A stretch of DNA of 64,000 nt, from contig CAVPOM010000017.1 of NCBI GenBank assembly GCA_963707025.1, positions 64,001 through 128,000 on the forward strand, in the 5' to 3' direction. The notes below the pieces were generated by a model. The model searched no databases and was not told where the DNA came from. It saw only the letters and a program-made list of their open reading frames with translations. Positions 47,497-58,498 of the stretch are shown here, one piece after another (positions within the stretch are counted from its first letter, which is position 1; each line of letters starts with the position of its first letter). The position numbers and the translations under genes were made by a program. This DNA comes from an uncultured Verrucomicrobiae bacterium (lineage in GTDB: Bacteria; Verrucomicrobiota; Verrucomicrobiia; Limisphaerales; Palsa-1400).

Positions 47497-50400
47497 TCAG
47501 GCCGGCCGGCTGACGGATTGAGGGCTGGCGTGGCTGGATTCAAAAATAGGATAGAGCAAAGGGAGTATAAAGAGGGTCAGAATGGTGCCGGTGATGAGGC
47601 CGCCGATGATGACGACGGCAAAAGGCCGGGCGGTTTCCGCGCCGACGCCGGTGGAAAGGGCCATGGGCAACAGTCCGAGCAGGGCCATGAGGGCGGTCAT
47701 GACCATGGGCCGCACCCGCGAGGCGGCTCCCTCCATGATGGCCTGGTGCAAAGCCATCTCCTCGCGGCGCAATTCCCGGATGCGGGTGACCAGGATGACG
47801 CTGTTCTGGATGGAAACGCCGAAGAGGGCGACAAACCCCACCAGGGCGGCGACGGAGATGTTCAACCCGGCCAGGGGCAAGGCGAGCAGGCCGCCCACGG
47901 CGGAGAAGGGAACGGTCAACAAGACGGCGGTGGCCAATTTGGCGGAATCGAAGGCCACGAAGAGCAGGAAGAAAATGGCCACGATGGTGAGCGGGACAAT
48001 GACGGCCAGGCGTTTTTCGGCGCGCTGCTCGTTCTCAAAGGAGCCGGTCCATTCCAGGCGGTAGCCGGCGGGCAGGCGGACGGCGGCCTCGACCTTGCGC
48101 CGGGCTTCGGCCACCAAGGAGCCGAGGTCGCGGTCGCGCACGGAAAGTTTGATGGCGGTGCGGCGCTCGTTTTCCTCGCGCTCGATGCGGGACAACCCGG
48201 CCTTGACGCTGACGGAGGCCAGATCGCCCAAGGTGAGGCGTTCGCCGTTGGAGCCAAAGAGGGGGATGTTGCGGATGGATTGCACATCGGCCACGGCCTT
48301 GGGGGCGAGTTTGACGACGAGGTCGAAGGTGCGGGAGCCTTCCAGCACCTGGGTGGCGGTTTGGCCGCCCATGGCGGTGGCCACGACGGTCTGGAGGTCG
48401 GCCACGGCCAGGCCATAGCGGGCAATGGCGGCGCGATCAATGGCGATCTGGATTTGGGGCTGGCCGAGCAACAGATCGGCGCCGACATCGGCCGCGCCGG
48501 GGACTTTGTCAATAATAGCGGCGATCCGGCCGGAGAGGGCCTGGAGCTGCACCGGATCGTCGCCGAACAATTTGATGGCCAGCTCGCTCTTGACCCCGGA
48601 GACGGCCTCGTTGACGTTGTCCTCGATGTATTGGCTGAATTGGGATTGGAGGCCGGGAATTTCGCGGAGGTTGCGGGCCATGGCCTCGCAGAGCGCGTCG
48701 CGGGTGTGGGCGGTTTTCCATTCTTCGCGGGGTTTGAGGGCCACGCTGTATTCGGCCACGTCCCAGCCGTTGATGTCGGTGCCATCATCGGGCCGGCCGA
48801 GCTGGCTGACGACGCAGCGGACTTCGGGAAAGGAGGCGAGGCGGCGGCGCACCTTTTGGGTGATGGCGGCCGATTCGGAGGGGGAGATGGATTGGGGGGC
48901 GAAAGTGCGGACCCACAGGTCGCCCTCGTCGAGCTTGGGGAGGAATTCGCTGCCGAGGAAGAGCCAGGAGACGGCGCCTGCTGTCAACAAGAGCAAAGCG
49001 GCGGCATAGACCGGCCCCGGCGCGTGGAGCGCGAAATGGAGGGCGGGCCGGTAGAGCCGCACCAGGCGCCGCACAATCCAGGACTCGCGCGCGGCCTCCC
49101 TCCTTCCCGCGGCAAAGCTGGCCAGGGCGGGCACCACGAAAATGGCGAAGAAGGTTCCGGCGGCCAGGGCAAAGGTGAGGGTCAGGGCCATGGGTTTGAA
49201 GATGCGCCCTTCCACCCGCTGCAAGGTGTAAAGCGGAATGAAGGCGGTCAATAAAATGACCTTGGAAAACAGGACGGGCCGGCCCATTTCCGAGACCGCC
49301 TCGATGATGGCGGCGGGAAGGGAGCGGATTCGGCCCTTCCGTTCCTCCAGGATGCGGAGGAGGTCTTCCACGATGACCACGGAAGAATCCACGATGATGC
49401 CGAAGTCAATCGCCCCCATGGAAATGAGATTGGCCGGGATGCCGCGCCAATCCAGGAGGAGAAAGGCGCCCAGCAGGGCAAAGGGCACGGCCAGGGCCAC
49501 GACCAGGGCGGAGCGCCAGTAGCCCGGTCCGAGAAACAGAACCAGGACGGCCAGGACCAGGCCGATGCCGGCCAGCATGTTTTCCCGCACGGTGTGGAGG
49601 GTGCGGTTGGTCAGCGCCGTGCGGTCATAATACATGACCAGCTTGACCCCGTCGGGGAGATAGCGCCGGTTGATGTCGTCGGCCATTTTTTCGATGCGCC
49701 GGCAAACCTCCAGCGGGTTTTCGCCGCGGCGCATGACCACGATGCCCTCGGCCACGTCATCTTCATCTTGACTGCCCTCGGTCCTGCCGACGCGGCCGAG
49801 GCGGACGGCGTGGCCGATGAGCACGGTGGCGAGGTCGCGGATGCGAATGGGGGTGCCGTTGCGGGTGTCCACGGCGATGGCTTCAATATCGGCGACGCTG
49901 CCGATCATGCCCAGGCCGCGCACCACATACAGCTCGGAGCCGTGTTCGACGTAAGAGCCGCCGGCGTTGCCGTTGCCGTTGGCCAGGGCGGCAAAGACCT
50001 GCTGCAAGGAGAGATTGCAGGACTTGAGCTTGAGCGGATCCACCAGCACTTGATACTGCTTGGTCAGTCCGCCAAACGGATTGATGTCCACCACGCCCGG
50101 CACGGAGCGGAATTTTTTTTCCACCACCCAATCTTGCAGGGCGCGGACTTCCTCCGGGGGGTAACCGATGGGAGCGCGCAGGCTGTAGCGGTAAACTTCG
50201 CCAATGGGGGTGGCGTCGGGCGAGAGGCTGGGCTGGACGCCCGGCGGCAGGGCGGCGGTGGCCAGGAGCTGGCTGGCCAGGTTGCGGATGAGGTCGTTGC
50301 TGGCGTCGTCCTCGAACACCAGAGTGATCTGGGACAATCCGAACAAGGAAATGGAGCGCATGGAAACGCGTTTGGGGATGCCGTTCATGACGTTTTCGAT

Positions 50401-50604
50401 CGGGATGGTAACCATGCGCTCGACCTCTTCGGCGGCGTGCCCCGGAAAGAGGGTGATGATTTGGACGGAAACGTTGGTCACGTCCGGATAAGCCTCGACG
50501 GGCAGTTCGCGAAAGGCGTTGGCGCCGGCCAGCAAAAACACCACGGTCAGCGCCAGGACGATGGCGCGGTGATGTAAAACGGCGCTGGCAAGTCTAGCAA
50601 TCAT
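47497..50604 (-). CDS. CzcA/CusA-family RND efflux permease
   Basis: LPVEAYPDVT, AIDFGIIVD, RVRPMVMTA. Confidence 0.93.
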   Translation of the reverse strand: MIARLASAVLHHRAIVLALTVVFLLAGANAFRELPVEAYPDVTNVSVQIITLFPGHAAEEVERMVTIPIENVMNGIPKRVSMRSISLFGLSQITLVFEDDASNDLIRNLASQLLATAALPPGVQPSLSPDATPIGEVYRYSLRAPIGYPPEEVRALQDWVVEKKFRSVPGVVDINPFGGLTKQYQVLVDPLKLKSCNLSLQQVFAALANGNGNAGGSYVEHGSELYVVRGLGMIGSVADIEAIAVDTRNGTPIRIRDLATVLIGHAVRLGRVGRTEGSQDEDDVAEGIVVMRRGENPLEVCRRIEKMADDINRRYLPDGVKLVMYYDRTALTNRTLHTVRENMLAGIGLVLAVLVLFLGPGYWRSALVVALAVPFALLGAFLLLDWRGIPANLISMGAIDFGIIVDSSVVIVEDLLRILEERKGRIRSLPAAIIEAVSEMGRPVLFSKVILLTAFIPLYTLQRVEGRIFKPMALTLTFALAAGTFFAIFVVPALASFAAGRREAARESWIVRRLVRLYRPALHFALHAPGPVYAAALLLLTAGAVSWLFLGSEFLPKLDEGDLWVRTFAPQSISPSESAAITQKVRRRLASFPEVRCVVSQLGRPDDGTDINGWDVAEYSVALKPREEWKTAHTRDALCEAMARNLREIPGLQSQFSQYIEDNVNEAVSGVKSELAIKLFGDDPVQLQALSGRIAAIIDKVPGAADVGADLLLGQPQIQIAIDRAAIARYGLAVADLQTVVATAMGGQTATQVLEGSRTFDLVVKLAPKAVADVQSIRNIPLFGSNGERLTLGDLASVSVKAGLSRIEREENERRTAIKLSVRDRDLGSLVAEARRKVEAAVRLPAGYRLEWTGSFENEQRAEKRLAVIVPLTIVAIFFLLFVAFDSAKLATAVLLTVPFSAVGGLLALPLAGLNISVAALVGFVALFGVSIQNSVILVTRIRELRREEMALHQAIMEGAASRVRPMVMTALMALLGLLPMALSTGVGAETARPFAVVIIGGLITGTILTLFILPLLYPIFESSHASPQSVSRPA

Positions 50605-51828
50605 GAGGCCGGTTCCACCAGGGCCTGGAGGAGAAGGGCGCCTTCAATGACCACCTTTTGGCCGGCACTGACGCCTTCCAGCACGGGAACTTTGTTGTCT
50701 TGTTCCACGCCCACTTTGACCCGCACCCGGTGAAAACGGCCCGGGGAATCCTGGAGGAAAAGGCAGGAGTCGTCGCCCCGCATAAAGAGGGCCTTGGCGG
50801 GCACTTCCACCCCGGCTTGGGCGACGCTGGCCGGGTCGGCCAGCACATCGGCCAGGACATACATTTCGGCCTTGAGCAGCTTGTCGGGATTGCTGACCAC
50901 GCCGCGCACCTTGAGGGAGCGGGTGGCGGGATCGAGCGAGTCGGCGATTTTGTCAATCCTCCCTTCAAAAACTTTTCCCGGCAGGGCGTTGGTGGAGTAA
51001 ACGCGGAGCGGGCGGCCGGGTTGCAAGGAGGCGAGGCCGGCCTCTCGGCACATCGAGTTGCAGCCAGAGCCGGGCCGGGTCGCTGATGACAAAACTGGGG
51101 GCGAACAAATTCGGGGCGTTGGCCAGCATGAGATCGGCGCGGAGTTCCTGGCCGGGATTGATGTTCTTTTCCACGAGCACACCCGCCAGAGGGCTGCGCA
51201 GGATGTAAAGAGAATTGCTGCTCTGGTCATTGCCCCCATAGTTGGCCAGGACGGATTCCGCGCGGTCCCGCTCGGCCCGCGCGGCCACATAGGCGGCTTC
51301 GGCGGCCTCGACATCCTTTTGCGCGGCCGCCCCGTGTTGGAGCAAATCCTTGCTGCGGGTGAAGGCTTTGTCGGCCGCGGCCAGGTTGCCGGCGGCCGTG
51401 CGCGCATTGGCCAGGGCCTGGCTGAAATCCGGCGAATCAATTTCCGCCAAGGGCGCGCCCGCCGTGATGGCATCGCCCAGATCGGCGCGGAGGGCGGTGA
51501 CGCGACCGGACACCGGCGTGAAGACGCGCACGGTCTGGTCGTCGTTCCAATAAAGGCGGCCGGTCAGGTGGGTGAGGGCCAGGGACCGGGGCTGGGCGGC
51601 TTGCACGGTGATGGAAGCCAGTTGCGGCGCATTGGTTGCAAAACTCACCGTCTCGCCCTCCACGATCGGGGCGGGCGGTTCGGGCGTTGGAGGCTCTTCC
51701 TTGCGGCAGCCGAGGAAGGCGAAGAGGGCCAAAAGAGCGAAGACTTTCGCCGGGGCTGGCGCGCCTGACGGGGGCCGGGGTGAACGCGGCGCCATTCTGC
51801 AATTATTGACAGCGGATGGGCGGGTCAT
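50601..51828 (-). CDS. RND periplasmic adaptor (CzcB-like), frameshift near 51050
   Basis: LRSPLAG; DPATRSLKVR..LLKAEMY. Confidence 0.88.
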
Positions 51829-53231
51829 TTCCATAGGTTCAATTCCGATTCAGTCAAGACCGTGCGCGCGGCCATGAGATCGGCGGCGGCGCTGGCGGTG
51901 TCGTTCATGGCTTGGGCGAGGGCCAGACGGATGGTGTTGTCGGTTTGCTCGGCGTTGAGCAAATCCACCAGGGAGGCCGCGCCGCGGTCGGTACTTAAAG
52001 GCGACGGACTGGCGGACTTGGGCCGATTTGGGGGCGGTTTCGTCCCGATACCGCGACCAGCGCTCGCGGGCTTCGTGGTAAGCGGACTGGCCGTTGGCCA
52101 GATTCCGCCGCGGCCACGGCTTGGATTTTGCCAAGGGCGTCCCCGAATTGGTCCACCGCGGCCTGGGCCGCCTTGATGTTGCCGGCGTTGCGGTTCCACA
52201 GGGGCAGAGGGAAGGAGACGCCGAGGAGAAATGTGTCCACCGCGGGACCGCCGCCGGGCGGGTTGTGTTCGGCCCCGACGGTCACGGTCGGGTCTGGAAT
52301 GCGCATGGCCTTCTGCAATTGAAGCTGGGCCTGGCCGGCTTGCAAATCCGCTTCGGCGGCCAGCACATCCGGGCGGGAGGCGCCGGGTTTGGGTTCAGGT
52401 TCTGGCGGCGCCGGAGGAAGCTCCACCAACTTTTCCAGAGAATCCGCCGGGCATCCAGTTGCCCTGGGGCTGAGGGACACCCATGAGCACCTCCACGGCG
52501 ATGCGGGCTTGAAGGGCGGTGGCGTCGGCGGCTTTGGCCTGGAGCGCAAATTGCTCGGCATTGATCTCGAGTGTTTTTTTGTCCGCCTCGGAGAGGGCGC
52601 CGGCGTTAAACTGTTGTTGGGCGATGCCGGCTTCCTGCCGCATGTAGTCAGCGGATTGGGTCAACACCCGCGCGTTTTCGGCCGCGAGCAAGGCGGCGAG
52701 ATAGGCCTTGGTGACGCCTTGATCGAGGGTTCGCTTGGCGTCGTAAAAGCGGGCCTTGGCGCCGCGCACACCGGCCCGGGCGGCGATTTGGCGGTCGTGG
52801 CGTTTGCCGCCAATCTCAATGAGTTGGTTGATGGCGGCGATACTGTCGTAGCTGCGGTCCCAAAGACCGCTGCCCAGGATGGTGGCTGTTTCATGGGTGC
52901 CGATTCTGGCCGTGGATAAAGCAGCGGTGGGATTGGGAAATTCTTTGGAGACAATGAGTTGGGCCGCGGCCGCGGCCATGCCGCTCCTGGCCGCCAGCAA
53001 ATCCCAGTTTCGCTCAAAGGCCAGGCGCCGCGCGTCGTCCAAGGAGAGCGGCTGGCTGGTCCCGCCCGCCCCGGCACCGGAAACGGGCGCGTTGGTGGCC
53101 GGCTGGGCGTGGGCCGTGAGGAACCACGGCAATAGCAACAGCGCGCCGACGCCGCCGCGAAGGCTCAGGATAGCTGGAAAAGGGCCCGTGTAATTGTTGC
53201 TCAGACCTTTTATTTTCGCGACGGACGGCAT
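51825..53231 (-). CDS. TolC/CzcC-like outer membrane factor, several frameshifts
   Basis: FPNP..IEIGGKR; RPDVLAA; PLPLWNRNAG; GAASLVDLL. Confidence 0.85.
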
Positions 53232-53470
53232 GTTTGTCTGTCAGGCCAGACCTAATTCCCGTGTCAGGCCAAGTCCGACACGCCCGCGGCCCAACCGCCG
53301 CGGCCGCCGTCCACGGGGCACCGCGTCACTCATGGGTGGGCCGGGAAAGGCAGGGTCCCGGTGCGCCGGGACTGCCCGCCGCCGGGCTTTGGCAGAGGAA
53401 TCAACGTCGCACCACCGTCGTGCGGCGGGCAGAGGACTGCCCGCCCGACCACCCATGACTAACGCATTTT

Positions 53471-54145
53471 TTAGCGGGGATGGCGGCTGTCGTTCCAGCG
53501 GATGGCTTCGCGCAGCAGCTCGGTGCCGCTGCTGAGGTTGAGTTTTTCCTTCATGCGGGCGCAATAGGCCTGCACGGTTTTGAGGCTGATGCCGAGCGTT
53601 CCGGCGATTTGCCGCGTGCCCAATCCCCGGCCCAGCATGTCGAAGACTTCCAGTTCGCGGTCGCTCATTTGCTCGATGGGGGAATGGCCCGCCCCCTTCT
53701 TGTCGTCTATAAAATGGGCCGCGAGCACACCGGCCAGGGCCTCGCTGACGTAGAGCTTGCCCTCCAGAATGCGGCGGATGGCCTCGATGACCTTGCGGGT
53801 GGTCTCGCGTTTCATCACGTAACCCCGGGCGCCGGCGCGGAGGGCGCGTCCGGCATAATGAGATTCCTCGTGCATGGAAAGGACGAGCACGGCGACGGCG
53901 GGATAAGAGAGTTTTAGGTTTTTGATCAACTCGATGCCGGAAGAATTCTTCAAGGAAATATCCACCACGGCCACATCGGGCCGGGCCGCGCCGATGGCGG
54001 CAAAGGCGTCCGGCGCGCCCTCGCTTTCCCCGCAGACGAGGAGGTCCGGCTGCTGGTTGATTAAATTAGTGAGCCATTCGCGGACCAGGGGATGATCGTC
54101 CACGATGAACACGGTCCTTTTGCGCTTGTCAGTGTCAGGGGTCAT
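53471..54145 (-). CDS. NarL/LuxR-family response regulator
   Basis: IVDDHPLVR, SDRELEVF..HTH. Confidence 0.93.
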   Translation of the reverse strand: MTPDTDKRKRTVFIVDDHPLVREWLTNLINQQPDLLVCGESEGAPDAFAAIGAARPDVAVVDISLKNSSGIELIKNLKLSYPAVAVLVLSMHEESHYAGRALRAGARGYVMKRETTRKVIEAIRRILEGKLYVSEALAGVLAAHFIDDKKGAGHSPIEQMSDRELEVFDMLGRGLGTRQIAGTLGISLKTVQAYCARMKEKLNLSSGTELLREAIRWNDSRHPR

Positions 54146-55209
54146 GATTGGCCCGGGGCATTATCTCCGGACAGGGGCGGGATGGGAAGGGAACATTTCA
54201 CGAAGGTCCCGCCGGTGGGGTTGAGGTCCATGGCAAAATCGGCCCCGATCATGGCGGCGCGGTGGGCCATGATGCGCGTCCCCAGCCCCGGGCTTTTTTG
54301 CCATCCGTCAGGCAGGCCGACCCCGTCATCTTCCACCGTCAGCGCGACGCGGCCGTTGCGCTCGGAAAGCTCGACCACGATGCGCCGGGCCTTGCCGTGG
54401 CGAATGGCGTTGCTGACCGCTTCCTGGGCGATGCGATGGAGATGCATGGCGGTGGTGGCATTATGGATGAGCACCGGGGTATCGTGCTCAAACACGCAGG
54501 CGGTTTTGGACCATTTGGTGGTGTTGGCGGAAAGTTCCTGCAAGGCGGCCATCAGACCTTCGGCGTCCAGGTCGGTCTGATACGTTCCCCGGGCCAGATC
54601 GCGCGCCATGCTGATGCCGTCTTCCACCAGGCCGATGATTTTCCCGGCGTCAGCCGCTTCGGGAGCGGACCTGGCCTGGAGCTTTTCGCGCAAGACCTGG
54701 CCGGCCAGGGCCGTGCCGGTCAAGTGCTGGCAAAGGCCGTCATGCAAGTCGCGTCCGAGGCGGCGCTGTTCCCGTTCGCTCACCTCCAGGATTTCCTTTT
54801 CCAGGCGCTCCCGCTCCGCCATTTCCTGGGTGAGGGCCCGCGTGCTTTGCCGCACCCGGTCCTCCAGTCCTTTGTGCAGGGATTGCAGGCTGGCCAGGAG
54901 CCAGACGACGATGGAATAGAAGGTCAACAATATCGTTGAATTCCAGATGGGAATAAACGGGCTGGAATAATGGACACCGGCGGCCAAGTCGCCCGTGATC
55001 CAGACGGCCACGCTCAAGACCGAAAGGAACAGGCCGTACCACCGCCCAATAAACCAGGTGCCCAGCCCGATGCCAAGGAGGTAAAACACCGAAAAGGAAA
55101 GCTCGAAGCCGGTCCGGTAATCAATCAGGCCGACCAGCGCCAAAAAACCCAATCCGGCCAGCATCCAAAAGGGCCGGGAGCGGTGTTCCAGACTTTGCAG
55201 CAGTTTCAT
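54142..55209 (-). CDS. HisKA_3 sensor histidine kinase
   Basis: GRDLHDGLCQ, QEAVSNAIRH, DDGVG; N-terminal TM helices. Confidence 0.92.
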   Translation of the reverse strand: MKLLQSLEHRSRPFWMLAGLGFLALVGLIDYRTGFELSFSVFYLLGIGLGTWFIGRWYGLFLSVLSVAVWITGDLAAGVHYSSPFIPIWNSTILLTFYSIVVWLLASLQSLHKGLEDRVRQSTRALTQEMAERERLEKEILEVSEREQRRLGRDLHDGLCQHLTGTALAGQVLREKLQARSAPEAADAGKIIGLVEDGISMARDLARGTYQTDLDAEGLMAALQELSANTTKWSKTACVFEHDTPVLIHNATTAMHLHRIAQEAVSNAIRHGKARRIVVELSERNGRVALTVEDDGVGLPDGWQKSPGLGTRIMAHRAAMIGADFAMDLNPTGGTFVKCSLPIPPLSGDNAPGQS

Positions 55210-55256
55210 TGTGCGGTGTTGACCGGCCTTGCTCGGGCAAGACGGCAGGGGCAAAG

Positions 55257-55290
55257 GATAAAGGATAAATGATAAATGATAAATGAAAAA
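55257..55290. repeat. Heptamer tandem repeat (GATAAAK)n
   Basis: gataaag gataaat gataaat gataaat gaaaaa. Confidence 0.8.
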
Positions 55291-55410
55291 CGGCCGGTTT
55301 CCAATGCGATGAATTGAAATTTTCGATGTTGGCCGCAGTTTTATCAAGTTGCCGCCGCGGCGGGCGGGGTCCATAGTCCTGGCATGAGAGCAACCCATTG
55401 AAAGGCCTTT

Positions 55411-58400
55411 ATGGACCGGATATCCGCAATCGTGCTGATTCTGGGAATTCTCATCGCGTGGGCCGTGTGGCTGACGGTTCGGGCCAAGGAAGCGCAACAC
55501 CTCGTCGAAAATCTTTCGCGCCGCCTTGCCGAACTTGAATTGGAACTTTTTCGGCTGAAACGGGACCGGGAATCAGGCCGTCCGGTTGAGCCCGCGCCGG
55601 CGCCGCTTCCAAAAAGTATGGTGCCGCCGGTCCCGCCGCCAGCCCCCGTGGCTGCGCCGCCCGCGGCCATTCCGCCCCCAATTCGACCCGCGCTGGCGAG
55701 GCTGGCTGCGACCCTGCCGGCTCCGCCAACTCCGCCCGCGCCGCCCACGCTCCCACCCGCGCCGCCGCGCCCGGCCAGGCCGGCGGTCAACTGGGAACAG
55801 TTCATGGGGGTGAAACTTTTCGCGTGGATTGGGGGACTGGCGTTGTTCCTCGGCGTGGCCTTTTTCGTCAAATACTCGTTCGATAACAACCTGGTTCCAC
55901 CCGCCCTGCGGGTGGCGCTGGGTTTCCTGGCCGGGCTGGGCCTGCTCGCCGGCGGCGTGGGGATGTCGCGCAAAAATTATCCCGCCCTTTCGCAAACTTT
56001 GTGCGCGACCGGAGTGGTCATTCTTTACGCGGTGACGTTCGCCTGCCGCTCCATTTATCGTTTTGATTTTTTTGGGCCGATTCCGACTTTTCTGCTGATG
56101 GCGCTCGTCACGGTGACGGCCTTCCTGCTGGCGGTCCGGCTGGAGGCCATGGTCGTTGCCATCCTCGGTATGCTGGGCGGTTTTCTCACGCCCATTCTGG
56201 TTTCCACCGGCCAGGACAACCCGCTGGGGCTGTTCGGATACATTGCCATTCTCGACGCCGGGCTGATCCTGGTGGCGCTGCACCGCCGCTGGCTTTTTCT
56301 CACCGCGCTGGCGGCGCTGGGCACCGCCATCCTGCAAATCCTCTGGGCGGGTGAATTCTTCGAGGCCGGAAAATACTTTGCCGGAAACAAGATTCTGATT
56401 GTGCTGGCCGTGCTGCTCGGTTTCAACGCGCTTTTTCTTGGGGCGGCCTGGCGGGCGAAGATGCCGCCGGCCGCGGCGGGCGAAAAGCCGGCGGGTGTGG
56501 ACAGGACGGGGATGAACGCGAGAACGTGGCTCTCCGGTTCCACCCTCGGCCTGGCGGCCCTGGCGCTGGCGTTCAGCGGGTGGTTTTTGAGTTTCCAGCC
56601 GCTGGCACAGCGTCCGGCGCTGATGTTCGGTTTCGTCTTCCTCATTGATCTGGGGGTCGCGGCGCTGGCCGGGGCCGATGAAACCATCGCCGCCGCCCAA
56701 TCCATCGCCGGACTGGCCGTGTTCGGATTGCTGGCATATTGGACGCAAGCATGGCTGACCCAGGAATTGCTCAACGCCGCGCTGGCCTTTTATTTTATCT
56801 TCGCGATCCTGCACTCGGCCCTGCCGGCGCTGCGGCAGCGGCGGAGCGGCGCCAGGGCCGGGGGCTGGGCGATCCACCTTTTTCCTCTTCTGGCGCTGGC
56901 GCTGGTGCTGGTGCCGGTTTTCAAGCTGGCGGAAGTCTCCTTCCTGGTCTGGCCGTTTATTTTGCTGGTGGATTTGCTGGCCATCGCGCTGGCCGTGCTG
57001 ACGGCCGCCTTGTGGTCGGTGCTGGCGGTGCTGTTGCTGACCCTGGCCGCCACCGGCTTGCTCATTTTCAAAATCCCGTTCGACCTGACCGGCCTGCCGG
57101 CATCCTTTTTTCTGCTCGGCGCGTTCATCGTTTTCTTCGTCGCGGCGAGCATCTGGCTGGTGCGCAAATTCAAGCCCGAGGCCCTAAAAACCGGGATTCA
57201 GTTCGAGCAGGACCCCAAGACCCCGGGAGAGGTTGCGGCGATTTTGCCGGCCTGCGCGGTGGTGCTGCCATTCCTGCTGCTGATCATGGCGACCCTGCGG
57301 CTGCGGCTGGCCAACCCATCGCCGGTCTTCGGCCTGGCCCTGCTCCTGGTGGTTTTGCTGCTGGGGGTGACTAGACTGTTCTTACTGGACTGGATGCCCG
57401 CCATCGGCCTGGTGTGCGTGACCGCACTGGAATGCGCCTGGCATTTCAACGATTTCAGCGCCACCAATCCAGCCTGGCAGTCGCATCTGGCCCTCCTGTG
57501 GTATCTGGTGTTCCTGGCCCTGTTCGCCCTGTTTCCGTTTTTATTCCTGCGGCGCTTCGCGGACAAAACCGCTCCGTGGGCCGCCGCGGCCATGGCCGGG
57601 CCGCTGCAGTTCTTTCTCATCCACCGCCTGATCAAAGCCGTTTATCCGAACCCGGTGATGGGCCTGCTGCCCGCCGCGTTTGCCATTCCCGGATTATTGA
57701 GCCTGGTCGTGGTGCTGAAGAGGATATCCGCTGAACACAAATCCCGCATGACGCACGTGGCGTGGTTCGGCGGCGTGACGCTGTTTTTCATCACGCTGAT
57801 TTTTCCAATTCAGTTCGAGCGGCAATGGATCACCATCGGTTGGGCGCTGGAAGGGGCGGCCTTGCTGTGGCTGTTTCATCGCGTGCCGCACCCGGGCTTG
57901 AGGCTGGCGGGCCTGGGCCTGCTCGGCGCGGCCTTCGTGCGGCTGGCGCTCAATCCGACCGTGCTCGACTATCATGCGCGCGCCGCCACGCCGGTCTTCA
58001 ACTGGTATCTTTACGCCTACGGCATCGTGACGGTTTGCCTGTTCGCCGGGGCCAAACTGCTGGCCCCGCCGCGCCAGGCCGATTTTGAAATGCAATGTTC
58101 AACCCATTCTGGCCGGACTCGGCACGGTGCTGGCGTTTCTTTTGTTGAACATCGAAATCGCCGATTATTTCAGCGCCCCCGGCTCGACCTTGACGTTTGA
58201 TTTCAGCGGCAATTTCGCGCGCGACATGACCTATTCCATCACCTGGGGTTTGTTCGCCCTGGTGCTGTTGGTGGCCGGGATTGTGCAACAGGTTCCCGCC
58301 GCGCGCTACGCCGCCATGGGTTTGCTGTGCGTGACGCTCCTCAAACTTTTCTTCCACGACTTGGCGCAGCTCGGCCAACTTTACCGCATCGGCGCGTTTG

Positions 58401-58498
58401 TGGGCGTGGCGGTCATCGCCATGCTCGCCTCCTTCGCCTATCAAAAATTTTTCTCCGCCGCGAGGACGGCGGAATTAAAAGATGAAGCGCGGCAATAA
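55411..58498 (+). CDS. DUF2339-type large membrane protein, frameshift near 58080
   Basis: WEQFMGVKLFAWIGGLALFLGVAFFVKYSF; LKLFFHDLAQLGQLYRI. Confidence 0.8.
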
